A stretch of DNA of 64,000 nucleotides from Candidatus Xenobia bacterium (GCA_045863235.1 BTUM01000004.1:146982-210981), one strand, 5' to 3'; shown: positions 27,370 to 37,518, numbered from the stretch's first letter. The notes: generated by a model from the letters alone, not told the origin. Numbers and translations: made by a program.

Positions 27370-28431
27370 ATGCACGACCTGGTTTGCATCATCATGGCCG
27401 GTGGCGCTGGAACGCGCTTCTGGCCGGTCAGCACCGAACGAAAGCCCAAGCAGTTTCTTCCCCTGGGCAGCGAGCGCACGCTGCTGCAAGCCAGCTGCGA
27501 CCGTCTCGAAGGCCTCTGCCCCCCCGACCGCACGCTGGTTTTGACCTCTCGCGCCTACTCGGGCCTGGTGCGCGAGCAAGTCCAGGTGGGCCACGTCGTG
27601 GGTGAGCCCTGCCGGCGCGATACCGCTGCCGCCGTGGCCCTGGCCGCTCTCCTCTGCCGCAAGCTCTACGGGAACGCGACCATGGCAATCCTGACCTCGG
27701 ACCATCATATCGAGCCCGTGGATCGCTTCCAGGCCTGCCTGGCCTCGGCCGCGCGGGGAGCCCGTGACTCGGGCAGGCTGTACACCTTTGCCATCCCGCC
27801 CACCCGGCCCGAGACGGGCTACGGCTACCTCGAGCTCGGTCCTCGCCTCGAGCGCCCGGACGCCCTGCACCACCACGAACTGCTCTCGTTTCGCGAGAAG
27901 CCCGACCGCATCACAGCCCGGCACTTTCTTCAAGAGGGGCGTTACTACTGGAACAGCGGCATGTTCTGCTGGACCACCTCGGCCATCCTGGCCGAGCTCG
28001 AGGTCCACCTGCCCGGCCATCTCGAGGCTCTGGCTCCGGCCGTGCAAGCTTATGGAACCGACCGGTTCGAGCAAGCGCTGGAGACAAGCTTCCAGCCACT
28101 CAGCCCCATCTCCATCGACTATGCGGTGATGGAGAAGGCGACGCGACGCGCCGCGGTGGTGACCGACTACGAGTGGAGCGATCTGGGCGGTTGGCAGGCG
28201 GTCGAGGACTTCCTGCCCGAGCAGCAGGGCAACCGACATCGGGGACGCCTGGCCAGCCTGGCGTCGAAGGGAAACGTCATCTACTGCGAAGAGCCCGAGG
28301 AGCTGGTCTCGCTGGTGGGGGTGGAGAATCTGGTGGTCGTGCGGGCCGGGAACCGCACCCTGGTGGCCCACCGCGACCACCTGGAAGAGGTGAAGAAGTT
28401 GGTAGGAAGCTTGAGCGCCGAGGAACGATGA
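27370..28431 (+). CDS. manC: Mannose-1-phosphate guanylyltransferase
   Basis: MAGGAGTRFWP.S....PKQFL, EP..RDTA, PETGYGY, FREKP, WNSGMF, SIDYAVMEK, WSDLG. Confidence 0.95.
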   Translation: MHDLVCIIMAGGAGTRFWPVSTERKPKQFLPLGSERTLLQASCDRLEGLCPPDRTLVLTSRAYSGLVREQVQVGHVVGEPCRRDTAAAVALAALLCRKLYGNATMAILTSDHHIEPVDRFQACLASAARGARDSGRLYTFAIPPTRPETGYGYLELGPRLERPDALHHHELLSFREKPDRITARHFLQEGRYYWNSGMFCWTTSAILAELEVHLPGHLEALAPAVQAYGTDRFEQALETSFQPLSPISIDYAVMEKATRRAAVVTDYEWSDLGGWQAVEDFLPEQQGNRHRGRLASLASKGNVIYCEEPEELVSLVGVENLVVVRAGNRTLVAHRDHLEEVKKLVGSLSAEER

Positions 28432-29777
28432 CACTGACCTGTTTCAAAGCTTACGACGTGAGGGGCAAGGTGCCCTCAGAGCTCGATGGCGAGCTGGCCG
28501 AGCGCATCGGGGCCGCCTATGCCCAGGTGCTCAAGCCGGGCACGGTGGCGGTGGGCCATGACATGCGATTGTCCAGCCCCGAAATTGCCTACGCCCTGGT
28601 TCAAGGTCTGACCCGCGGGGGGGCCAACGTGCTCTTCCTGGGCCAGTGTGGCACCGAGGAGGTCTACTTTGCCACCTTTCACCGCCAGCTCGACGGTGGC
28701 ATCATGGTGACCGCCTCCCACAATCCGGCCGACTACAACGGCATGAAGCTGGTGGGGCGCAACGCCTCCCCCATCGGCCGCGACAGCGGGCTCAATGAGA
28801 TCGAGCAACTTGCCGCTGCTCCGATCGCTCCCGGTCCCTCCCGGGGCAAGGTCGAGGGCCAGGATCTCCGCGGCGAGTATCTCGACTTTTTGCTCGAAAA
28901 CTTTGATCTCGAGAGATTGAAGGGCCGCAAGATGGTCTGCAACGGGGGCAACGGGTGCGCCGGCCCGGTCGTGCTGGCCATGGCCGAGAGGCTGGGCTGG
29001 AACCTGCAACTTTTGCACGGCGACCCGGACGGCAACTTCCCTCACGGGGTTCCCAACCCGCTCCTGCCCGAGAAGCGCCACCACACGACCGACGCCGTGC
29101 TCAAAGCCGATGCCGACCTGGGAGTGGCCTGGGACGGCGACTTCGACCGCTGCTTCTTCTTCGACGAGCACGGGGAGTTCGTGGACGGCTACTACCTGGT
29201 GGGCCTGCTGGCCGAGCGCGCCCTCTTCTTCAACCCGGGCGCCACCATCTTGCACGATCCTCGCCAGATCTGGAACACCATCGAGCGAGTGGAGAAGTCG
29301 GGAGGGATGGCGGTACAGATCCCCACCGGTCACGTGTTCTTCAAGAAGAAGATGCAGGAGCTGCAAGCCGCTTACGGCGGGGAGATGTCGGCCCATCATT
29401 ACTTCCAGCGCTTCGGCGGCTGTGACAGCGGCATGCTTCCCTGGCTCTGGGTGCTCGACTGGATGAGCCGCAAGGATCGTGGACTGGCCGAGCTGATTCG
29501 CAACGCCCGCAACAAGTATCCGGTCAGCGGCGAAATCAACCGCACGGTGAAGGACGCCGGTGCCGTGATGCGGCTGGTGCGCGAGCGCTACGAGCCGGAA
29601 TCGATTCGGGTGGACACCATGGACGGCATCAGCCTGGAATTCGCCGACTGGCGCTTCAACCTGCGCGCCTCCAACACCGAGCCTTTGTTGCGGCTCAACC
29701 TGGAGAGCCGAGGCGACGAGGGGCTGGTCTCCAGCAAAAAAGACGAGCTGCTCGAGCTCATCGAAGCCCAGGGCTGA
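28428..29777 (+). CDS. manB: Phosphomannomutase/phosphoglucomutase
   Basis: FKAYDVRG, TASHNP, DGDFDR, GEMSAH, R.SNTEP; ATGA overlap with manC. Confidence 0.95.
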   Translation: MTLTCFKAYDVRGKVPSELDGELAERIGAAYAQVLKPGTVAVGHDMRLSSPEIAYALVQGLTRGGANVLFLGQCGTEEVYFATFHRQLDGGIMVTASHNPADYNGMKLVGRNASPIGRDSGLNEIEQLAAAPIAPGPSRGKVEGQDLRGEYLDFLLENFDLERLKGRKMVCNGGNGCAGPVVLAMAERLGWNLQLLHGDPDGNFPHGVPNPLLPEKRHHTTDAVLKADADLGVAWDGDFDRCFFFDEHGEFVDGYYLVGLLAERALFFNPGATILHDPRQIWNTIERVEKSGGMAVQIPTGHVFFKKKMQELQAAYGGEMSAHHYFQRFGGCDSGMLPWLWVLDWMSRKDRGLAELIRNARNKYPVSGEINRTVKDAGAVMRLVRERYEPESIRVDTMDGISLEFADWRFNLRASNTEPLLRLNLESRGDEGLVSSKKDELLELIEAQG

Positions 29778-29869
29778 CCCCTCCGCGTAACCGGAAGTTC
29801 ATAGACTCGATACATCCTGGCCGGATGGCTGCGCTAGAATCGGGGTGCTCAAAAACCTGGAGGCATCCC

Positions 29870-30694
29870 ATGAACGTAACCGCCCTGGCAGCACGTCCCA
29901 TCTCCTACAACCGGAGCGCGAGCAGCGCGCCAGCAAGTAGCCAAGAGAGCCGCGAGGAATCCTCGGGCCTTGGCGCCGTTGGACGCGGAGCGGCCGCCCT
30001 GGGCGGCGCCGCCGCCGGCTACGTGGGCGCCTCGGTGGCCGGGGTGGGAACGACCCTGGCCGGCTCGCTGATGACCCAGGTGACGCTCGGGATGCTGCCC
30101 AAGATGCAGCTCGCCGAGGGCACCGTCAACCTGGTCAACAACGTCTTCGGCCTGAGCGTGGGCCTGAGCTCGCTGGCGGCCATCGGTGCCGGCGTGGCGG
30201 CGGGAGCCGTGGTCGCTTACCAGGCTTCTGCCGGAGCGGAGAAGGTGGACGACGCGATGCGCGTGGACGACCTCCAGGCTCAGGCTAAAGGGGGCTTCAT
30301 GTCCCGCACCCTGGCCGAGTTGAAAGATTACGGCGCCGACCTGCGCTCGAGCCTGAGCAATCTGCAGGGGGCCGCCTCCTTCGGCAGCGCCGCCAAGTCA
30401 GGCTTTGACGCCGGCTCGGCCCTGGGCGCGCCTATCGGAGGAGCCGCCGGCAAAGTACAGGGACTGGGCTGGGGCATCGCGCTCGGGACCATCGCCGCCC
30501 TGCCCATTGCGGCGGCGGCCCCGGCCGTCTTGTCGGCCCCCCTGATGATCGGATTCGCGCTGGCAGGAGGCGCTCTGGGCGCCAAAGCCGGGGAGCCGTT
30601 GGGCGCCTTCGCGGGCAGCCTGGCCGGCGGAGCCGCAGGAGCGGTGCTGGGCGCAGGTTACCACGGCGTCCGCTCGCTCACCGGGAAGGATTGA
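29870..30694 (+). CDS. Glycine-zipper-rich hydrophobic protein (hypothetical)
   Basis: GGAGG RBS; Ser-rich N-terminus followed by multiple GxxxG/AxxxG hydrophobic helices. Confidence 0.75.
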   Translation: MNVTALAARPISYNRSASSAPASSQESREESSGLGAVGRGAAALGGAAAGYVGASVAGVGTTLAGSLMTQVTLGMLPKMQLAEGTVNLVNNVFGLSVGLSSLAAIGAGVAAGAVVAYQASAGAEKVDDAMRVDDLQAQAKGGFMSRTLAELKDYGADLRSSLSNLQGAASFGSAAKSGFDAGSALGAPIGGAAGKVQGLGWGIALGTIAALPIAAAAPAVLSAPLMIGFALAGGALGAKAGEPLGAFAGSLAGGAAGAVLGAGYHGVRSLTGKD

Positions 30695-31429
30695 TCACTC
30701 CTCCATCTCGGGATTGAAACGGAACAGCCTGGCCGGCCGATGCCGGCCCTTGATGATTGTTTCGTCGGTCTCGATGACCACCCCGGCTGAGAGGATCTTC
30801 TTGCGAAAGTTGCGCTTGTCCAACGTCTTTCCCAGGATGATCTCGTAAAGCTTCTGGATCTCGGTCAGGGTGAACTTCTCCGGCAACAGCCGGAAGGCGA
30901 CCCGAGAGGACATGATTTGCGAGCGTAACCGGGTCAGAGCCAGATCCAGGATCAGGTCGTGGTCGAAGGCCAGCTCGGGCAACTCGTAGACCGACCACCA
31001 GCGCACCTGACCCGCATCGCCGGAAGCCTTCATGCGCAGGCGCTCGGACAGGATCAGCGCATAGTGGGCCACTGTGATCACCCGCGTGCGCGGGTCGCGC
31101 TCGGGATCGCCAAAGGCGCGCAGCTGCTCGAGATAGACGTCCGAAACCCCGGTTTCCTCCTCCAATTCCCGCTTGGCAGCGGCCATCAGGCCTTCGTGCT
31201 CGCGCACGAAGCCGCCCGGCAAGGCCCAGCGCCCCTTGAAGGGCCAGTCTTTGCGCTCTACCAGCATCACCTGAAGCTGGTTCTTCATGGCCGTGAAGAC
31301 CACGAGGTCGACCGCCACGGAAGGCCGGAAGTAGCGAGTGACGTCGTATTTGCGGGCCTCCGGAGAGCGCTTCTCAGCTTCGACGCTGGCTCGGATCTGC
31401 TCGGGGGTTCGCACGTTGAGGTAGGTCAT
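30695..31429 (-). CDS. nrtR: NrtR-family Nudix-related transcriptional regulator
   Basis: Nudix box GFVREHE.......RELEEETG, LEQL..F.DP.RDPR, LAFDH, C-terminal wHTH 'DKRNFRKK...GRHRPA.LF'. Confidence 0.9.
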   Translation of the reverse strand: MTYLNVRTPEQIRASVEAEKRSPEARKYDVTRYFRPSVAVDLVVFTAMKNQLQVMLVERKDWPFKGRWALPGGFVREHEGLMAAAKRELEEETGVSDVYLEQLRAFGDPERDPRTRVITVAHYALILSERLRMKASGDAGQVRWWSVYELPELAFDHDLILDLALTRLRSQIMSSRVAFRLLPEKFTLTEIQKLYEIILGKTLDKRNFRKKILSAGVVIETDETIIKGRHRPARLFRFNPEMEE

Positions 31430-31491
31430 GGCGGCCGTCCCTTCGTGCTGGGTTAGAGGAAAACCCTACCGCTGGAGGAAGTCGAAGCTCC

Positions 31492-32322
31492 ATGTCCGAG
31501 GCTCAGGGGGCGAAGCGATTCGGCCTGACCTACCGCCTGAAGAACGAGGCCGCTCTGAAAGCATGCGAGACGGCCCGGCAGCGCCTTCAGGCTCAGGGGG
31601 TGGAAACTTACACCCTGGACGAGGTCGTGGAAGGCGCCGAAGCGGATGTCTTTCTCAGCTTCGGGGGGGATGGTACCTTGCTGCACGCGGCCCGGCTGAT
31701 GGCTCCCCGAGGAATACCCGTGCTGGGCATCAACCTGGGCCGGGTGGGATACCTGTGCGCCCTGGAGGAGAGCGGGGTGGAGTCAGCTCTGGAGAAGCTG
31801 CTCGCAGGTCGCTACCAGCTCGACAGCCGGAGCATGGTGCGGGCCCGAGTCGTGCATCGTCGCGAGCAGCTCTGGCAGGTGGACGCCCTCAACGACGTGC
31901 TGGTCGGTGGCAGCACCCGCACGGTCACGCTGGAAGTGCACATCGACGGCGAGTTGCTGGGCACCCTGCGAGGAGACGGGATCATCGCCGCCACCCGCAC
32001 CGGCTCCACCGCTTATGCCCTGTCAGCGGGCGGGCCGGTCCTGCTGGAAGACTCCCTGGTACTGGTGGCATCCAACGCTCTCTTCTCCTCTTTCTTCCGC
32101 AGTCTGGTGGTGCACCTGGATGCCACCGTTCGGGTGGTGAACCGCACCGAGGTGGCTCGCCCCTACGTCATCGCCGATGGACAGAAAGACTACCAGATCG
32201 AGGACGGCACCGAGGTCGAGATCCGCCGCTCTCCGGTGTCGGCCCTGCTCGTCGACCTGGGCCTGGAAAGCCCGGTGGCGAGGCTGCGGCGAGGTCATCA
32301 AGAAAGGGCCCAAACAACGTGA
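31492..32322 (+). CDS. nadK: NAD(+) kinase
   Basis: GGDGT, GINLGRVGYL, LND, DG...AT.TGSTAY.LSAGGP. Confidence 0.95.
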   Translation: MSEAQGAKRFGLTYRLKNEAALKACETARQRLQAQGVETYTLDEVVEGAEADVFLSFGGDGTLLHAARLMAPRGIPVLGINLGRVGYLCALEESGVESALEKLLAGRYQLDSRSMVRARVVHRREQLWQVDALNDVLVGGSTRTVTLEVHIDGELLGTLRGDGIIAATRTGSTAYALSAGGPVLLEDSLVLVASNALFSSFFRSLVVHLDATVRVVNRTEVARPYVIADGQKDYQIEDGTEVEIRRSPVSALLVDLGLESPVARLRRGHQERAQTT

Positions 32323-32522
32323 GCGACTTTTTCCGAAGAACCGCCGAGCAGCTCAAGAAGCTGCTCAAGGAGTGCGAGCAGCGCTACCAGGTCGTCGAGT
32401 CCGAGGTGGAGGCCCTTGAATCTGGCCCCAACACGCCCGAGCTGGAAACGAAGACGCGCGAGCTCGAGCAGCTCGAGAGCCTGCGAGAAGGCCTGGAGGA
32501 AGCTCTGTCCTACTGCGACTGA
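32319..32522 (+). CDS. Small acidic coiled-coil protein (67 aa)
   Basis: GTGA overlap with nadK; MSDFFRRTAEQLKKLLKECEQRY...LEEALSYCD heptad pattern. Confidence 0.6.
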   Translation: MSDFFRRTAEQLKKLLKECEQRYQVVESEVEALESGPNTPELETKTRELEQLESLREGLEEALSYCD

Positions 32523-32560
32523 GCAGGAACCCGACTGACAACGACGCAGTTCGGTCCACC

Positions 32561-35113
32561 ATGCTCAAGCGCCTGGTCGCGACCGTCATCGTCCTGACTG
32601 TCCTTTTCGCCGCGGGGTTTGCCCTCGTGCTGAACCGACCGGTGCCAGGCCCGCAAACTTTCGATGTCCGCGAGGTGGTTCGCAATCTGCCCGTGAACCC
32701 CGAGGCAAGCCAGGAGCAGAAGGAGCTGGCCCGCCAGGAGTTGACCCGGTCACGCGAGCGCTTGACGGCCCTCAAATCAACCCTGCAAGCCCCTGCGCCC
32801 ACCGACCTGACGGACCTGGAGGGCCAGCTGGCTTCCTTGCAGGCCCGATTGAAACTGGCCGATTCCGGTACACTCAGCCACGACATCCTGGAGCTTCGCA
32901 AACTCTGGATCAGGGGACGCACAGAGCTGGTGGAACTGGTTCGCCGCGAGCCAGACCCCGACACGCTCCCCCCCATGCCGCTGTTTGACCTGCAAGCTTA
33001 CGGAGTGCTGCGCGGAACCGACGATGCCGAGAGCTATCTCAACGAGTATGAGGCTGCTCAGGAGACTCTGGTAGACTACTATCGCCACCAGCGGGCAACC
33101 TGGGAGCAGGCCCTGATCGCCCGACTGAGACTGCAGAACGCTCTGCGACAACTGCGCGAGGATTATCTCGCGCTGGCCAATCGCCGGGGAGTCTCATTGT
33201 CGGAACTGGGCGGGGAGGACTTCTTTCAGGCCATCCAGGTCGAGCTCGATACCGTGAGGGTGAAGGCGACCCACAAAAGCCTGCTCTTCCGGCTGCACGT
33301 GTCCAGTGACCTGAAGGCTGGCCACTATGGGGCCATTCTGACCGAGATGGCCCTGCCGGTCCTTGCACTGAGTCTCATCCTGGCGGTCTTCTTGCCCGGG
33401 GCCGGCCGCATCACGCTGCAGGGTCGCCAGGGGCGGCTGCTCTCAGGTCTCTTCCTGTTCGCAACCCTGCGGCTGGCCGCGGCTGCGCTGAGTCAGGTGG
33501 AGCTCATGCTGGAGCTCGGGGCGCTGAGTTACCTGACTGCCAACGTGGCTCTCTACCGCGTGATTCGGGATGCCAGCGAGCTGATCGGGTTGCAGGTGGT
33601 TCGGACCCTCCGCTTTCGAGATTCGACCGCGGGCCGCCGCCTGGTGACCGCCTCACTGTCCTGGCTGGCGGGGCTGCTGCTGCTGCGCGACTCCTTCCTC
33701 GAGCTGGTGCGCCTGTTGACCGTCCGCGGCCTGCTCTACTGGACGGTGGAGGCCGTCTTCGAATGGGTCCTCCTGGCCTTCTACCTCGCCCTGGCCTACT
33801 GCTGGCGCTCGGAGATCGTCTTCCAGCTTCAAAACCTGGCGGGTCCACGCCGCAGCGCGAGTCTGGCCTGGCTCGAGAAACCGGCGGCTGCCCTGGTGGC
33901 TATGCCCGTGCTGTTCCCGGTCTGGCTGGGCCTGGACCTGATCTTCGGGTTGGTCCTGCTGCTGCAGCGGACCGAATTCGGACGCCGCCTTGCGGCCGGA
34001 GCCATGCGTCACTACCTGGAGCGTCTCCGGGGCCGGACGCTGGTGCCCCGAGGGGCTCCGTCCGACTATGCGGCGAAATTCCTGGCCACTCGACCTCCCA
34101 TCCAGGAGGTGATTCCGCTCTGCGACCCGACCTTCTTGCCTCGATTGACCGGCCGAGTTGAGGCCTGGATCGAGCAACCTGGCCCTGCCAACAACCGCCT
34201 GACCCTGGTCGGGCGCAAAGGGTCGGGGGTGACCTCGCTGGTGGACTATCTTCAGCATCTTTACCGCGAGCGAGTGCAGTTTGCCCGGGTGAACCTGCAA
34301 GATCGCCAGCTTGACCTCTTCCATGGCCTGGCCTCGGCCTTGAAGCTCGACTCGGTGCCGGAGAGCCTGGAGCAGGCTGCCGAGCTGCTGCGCCAACGCC
34401 CCGCGACCGTCCTGGTGATAGAGAACTTCCACTTCCTGTTCCTGTCGGCGCTGGGAGGGTTCCAATCTTTGCGCAACGCCCTCCTCCTGGCCCGGATGAC
34501 GCCCCACAACGTCTTCTGGATGTTTACCGGTGGCTACCATGCCCAGGCTTATCTCAATCGGGTGTTGGTGGCCGATTTCGTCAGCGACTTCTGGCTGCAG
34601 GTTCCCCTCTGGAGCGAGCAGGCTCTGCGCAAGGCCATCCTCCATGCCCATCAAGCCAGCGGCCTGAAACTGACCTTCGACCCCGATCTGGGCAGCTTCC
34701 CCGAGGAGACCGGGGCTGATCAGGGCCTGGAAACCCAGTATTTCCGGATCCTCTGGGAACACTCGGGGGGAAATCCCTCCACCGCCCGCCATCTCTATCT
34801 GCGCTCGCTGGACCCGAGCGAAGACGGTCTGGTCGCCACCCTGCCTCCTTCCAACCAGGTGAGTCGTTTGCAGGCTGCACCGACCGCCATGCACCTGGTG
34901 CTGGCGGCTGTCATGCGGCATCAGGGTCTGACCGAGGGCGAGGTCGCCCGGGTCACCGACCTGGAAGGTCGTGTGGTGCAACTCTCTTTGATGCAGGCGC
35001 TGGAGTGGGGAGTTCTGGAATGTGACCACAGGGGCATGCACGCGGTGCACCCGGCCTGGGTCAAAGACCTGGAGGTTCTTTTGAAACGGAAGAACATGTT
35101 GTATGCCCTCTGA
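32561..35113 (+). CDS. Large membrane protein with coiled coils, multi-TM region, degenerate P-loop NTPase and C-terminal wHTH-like domain
   Basis: GRKGSGVTS (Walker A-like), VLVIEN (Walker B-like), SGGNP (STAND GxP), 'GLTEGEVARVT' HTH-like. Confidence 0.7.
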   Translation: MLKRLVATVIVLTVLFAAGFALVLNRPVPGPQTFDVREVVRNLPVNPEASQEQKELARQELTRSRERLTALKSTLQAPAPTDLTDLEGQLASLQARLKLADSGTLSHDILELRKLWIRGRTELVELVRREPDPDTLPPMPLFDLQAYGVLRGTDDAESYLNEYEAAQETLVDYYRHQRATWEQALIARLRLQNALRQLREDYLALANRRGVSLSELGGEDFFQAIQVELDTVRVKATHKSLLFRLHVSSDLKAGHYGAILTEMALPVLALSLILAVFLPGAGRITLQGRQGRLLSGLFLFATLRLAAAALSQVELMLELGALSYLTANVALYRVIRDASELIGLQVVRTLRFRDSTAGRRLVTASLSWLAGLLLLRDSFLELVRLLTVRGLLYWTVEAVFEWVLLAFYLALAYCWRSEIVFQLQNLAGPRRSASLAWLEKPAAALVAMPVLFPVWLGLDLIFGLVLLLQRTEFGRRLAAGAMRHYLERLRGRTLVPRGAPSDYAAKFLATRPPIQEVIPLCDPTFLPRLTGRVEAWIEQPGPANNRLTLVGRKGSGVTSLVDYLQHLYRERVQFARVNLQDRQLDLFHGLASALKLDSVPESLEQAAELLRQRPATVLVIENFHFLFLSALGGFQSLRNALLLARMTPHNVFWMFTGGYHAQAYLNRVLVADFVSDFWLQVPLWSEQALRKAILHAHQASGLKLTFDPDLGSFPEETGADQGLETQYFRILWEHSGGNPSTARHLYLRSLDPSEDGLVATLPPSNQVSRLQAAPTAMHLVLAAVMRHQGLTEGEVARVTDLEGRVVQLSLMQALEWGVLECDHRGMHAVHPAWVKDLEVLLKRKNMLYAL

Positions 35114-35897
35114 GCAACCCGCCTTTCTGCAGCTGATCCGCCTGGATACGGCAGTCTACGCGGGCCTGCTCCTGCTGGGCGCGACGGTGCTGGTGCGCGG
35201 TCTCAACCGGGCCGCGAGCGTGGCCGCGCACATGGTGCCGGCGCGCCGGTTGACCATCCTGCAACTGCAGACGATGCTGACCTTCCTGGTCTACATCGTG
35301 GCTGGCTCAGCCCTGGTCGCGGCCTTGCTCTGGCCCAGCCCCCAGCTCTTGCTGGCGGCCTCGGGCAGCGCCGCCCTGGCCGTGGGCTTTGCCCTCAAGG
35401 ACGTGGCTTCGTCGCTGGTGGCAGGGCTGATCATCGTGCTCGACCGCCCCTTCCAGGTGGGCGACTGGGTGCAGTTTGGCGACCATTACGGCGAGGTGGT
35501 GAGCATCGGCATTCGCACCTCCCGCATGGTGACCCTGGACGATAATCTCGTCACCATCCCCAACTCGAGTTTTCTGACCGGAGCGGTGGCCTCGGCCAAT
35601 GCCGGGAACCTGGACATGATGGTGAGCGTGCCGGTGCACGTCGCCCTGGACGCCGACCTGGAGAAGGCTGTGAGCCTGGTGCGCGAGGTGCTGGTCACCA
35701 GCCCGTACGTCTACCTCAACAAGCCGTGCACCGTGGGAGTGGCCGAAGTCAGCGAGGCAGAGCAATTCTCGCTGCTGCTTCTGGCGCGCTGCTACGTGCT
35801 GGATGTTCGCTTCCAGAAGGCCCTGACCACCGACATCACCGTGCGCACGGCCCGCGCCTTTCGCCAGGCGGCAATCAAGCGCCCTGGTCCGGGCTGA
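35103..35897 (+). CDS. Small-conductance mechanosensitive channel (MscS family)
   Basis: A.GFA.KD......AG......RPFQVGDWV, GEV..IGIRT, IPNS. Confidence 0.92.
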   Translation: MPSEQPAFLQLIRLDTAVYAGLLLLGATVLVRGLNRAASVAAHMVPARRLTILQLQTMLTFLVYIVAGSALVAALLWPSPQLLLAASGSAALAVGFALKDVASSLVAGLIIVLDRPFQVGDWVQFGDHYGEVVSIGIRTSRMVTLDDNLVTIPNSSFLTGAVASANAGNLDMMVSVPVHVALDADLEKAVSLVREVLVTSPYVYLNKPCTVGVAEVSEAEQFSLLLLARCYVLDVRFQKALTTDITVRTARAFRQAAIKRPGPG

Positions 35898-36525
35898 AGC
35901 CGGCCAGCGGCCGCGACTGAATGTCGTAGCGGATGGCCAGCATGCGCAGGGCGAAGACGAACACGATGGTGACCCAGGCCGCGGCCACCTCCGACAACCC
36001 GAGCCCCTTCAAGAGCAGTAAGAACAGCCCACAGCCGGCCAGAGCGGCCGCCTGCTCCAGCGTTCCGGGCAAGAACATGGCGACTGGCTGGCGCAGCAGA
36101 ACATCGCGCAGAATCCCCCCTCCCACCGCGTTCACCATGCCCACCACCACCACGCCCAGCAGGCTCAAGCCGGCCTGCAAGGCGTGGCACATCCCCACCG
36201 AGGCGTAAGCTCCCAGGCCCAGAGCATCGACCGTGGCTACCAGCTGAGCGCCCCGGGGCAGGCGGTCGAGCCACCGGCCGAGGAGCAGAACAAGCAGAAC
36301 TCCCAGCAAGATGATCTCGAGATAGGCCGGCGAGCGCAGCAATAGGGGAGGGCCGTTCTGCAAGAAGAGCCCGTCGCGCAGCAGGCCTCCGCCGGTCGAG
36401 GAGATCATGGCCACGGTCAGGATGCCCATGATGGCAAACCCCCGCCGCGCTGCCAACAGAGCCCCGCTGACTGCCCAGATCAAGGTAGCCAGGTAGTCGA
36501 AGTAGACCGGAAGCTGAAAGTGCAA
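35875..36525 (-). CDS. Trimeric intracellular cation channel (TRIC/UPF0126) family protein
   Basis: SG...A, GGG.LRD twice, DALGLG. Confidence 0.9.
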   Translation of the reverse strand: MHFQLPVYFDYLATLIWAVSGALLAARRGFAIMGILTVAMISSTGGGLLRDGLFLQNGPPLLLRSPAYLEIILLGVLLVLLLGRWLDRLPRGAQLVATVDALGLGAYASVGMCHALQAGLSLLGVVVVGMVNAVGGGILRDVLLRQPVAMFLPGTLEQAAALAGCGLFLLLLKGLGLSEVAAAWVTIVFVFALRMLAIRYDIQSRPLAGFSPDQGA

Positions 36526-36567
36526 GCTTAACCCAGGGCCTGGACGAGGGCCATATCTGCACAGGCC

Positions 36568-37518
36568 TCAGCGCTCATGAATTGGCTCCTCCCGACCTGT
36601 GCACTGGACTTGCAGCTCTTGTACCAGGCGGCCTCCATCACACTGGCCCGCCAGGGCGATCAGCACCAGCTCGCTGGAAGGCCTCTCCTGGGGGAGCCAG
36701 GCGCGGTGGGGGGTCAGGGTCCAGCGCCGACCCATGCGCTGAAAGACGTAGCGCCGGGTCGGCTCCTCGGCCAGGTAGAGAACGCCCTTGGCGCGCAGCA
36801 CCGCGTCAGGCCAGCCCTCCAGGCAGAGGCGCAAAGAGCGCTCGGACAGGGGCGACTCGGTTGCAAAGCTCCAGGACTCGTATTCCGGGTGGCTCTCCGA
36901 CTCGCTCGAAAAAGCCCCGGGGCTGGCCGCCAGCCCGCCCAGCAGGTCGGCCGGAAGGTCTCCGAAACGAGTCTCCACCAGTCTGGCCTGGGGGGCAAGG
37001 CTCGCCAACCATGCGCGCAGAGCGGCCCGCTCGCTCTCGGCCACCAGGTCGAGCTTGTTGAGCACCAGCAGGTCGGCGCACTTGAGCTGGCGCTGGACCG
37101 AGTCGCCCACGAACGGGTCCTGGCTCTTCTCGCGCACCGTCTCGGCATCAGCTACCACCACCACCCCGTCGGGGAGAAAGGGAGCCACGTGGCCATAGCA
37201 GGCGATGCGCTGGGGGTCGGATACGCCGCTGGCCTCGATCAGCACGTGCTCGGGCGGCGGGTCGCGCTCGGAGACCAGGTGCAGGGCGTTGGCCAGCCCG
37301 TTGGACAGGCTGCAGCAGACACAGCCGTTCTCCAGCCTGAGCACTCCGTCAGCCTCGATCAGGGCGGCGTCGATGTTCAGGCTACCGAAGTCGTTGACCA
37401 GAACCGCGTAGCGACGACCCCGGCTGTGGCGCAGCAGGTGGTTGAGCAGGGTGGTCTTGCCGGCCCCCAGATAGCCCCCGATGACAGTGAGAGGGATCTC
37501 TTGCGCACGGCTGGACAT
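36568..37518 (-). CDS. CobW/COG0523-family metallochaperone GTPase
   Basis: GYLGAGKTT, NDFG, GCVCC, EASG, NKLD, RAKG. Confidence 0.93.
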   Translation of the reverse strand: MSSRAQEIPLTVIGGYLGAGKTTLLNHLLRHSRGRRYAVLVNDFGSLNIDAALIEADGVLRLENGCVCCSLSNGLANALHLVSERDPPPEHVLIEASGVSDPQRIACYGHVAPFLPDGVVVVADAETVREKSQDPFVGDSVQRQLKCADLLVLNKLDLVAESERAALRAWLASLAPQARLVETRFGDLPADLLGGLAASPGAFSSESESHPEYESWSFATESPLSERSLRLCLEGWPDAVLRAKGVLYLAEEPTRRYVFQRMGRRWTLTPHRAWLPQERPSSELVLIALAGQCDGGRLVQELQVQCTGREEPIHER

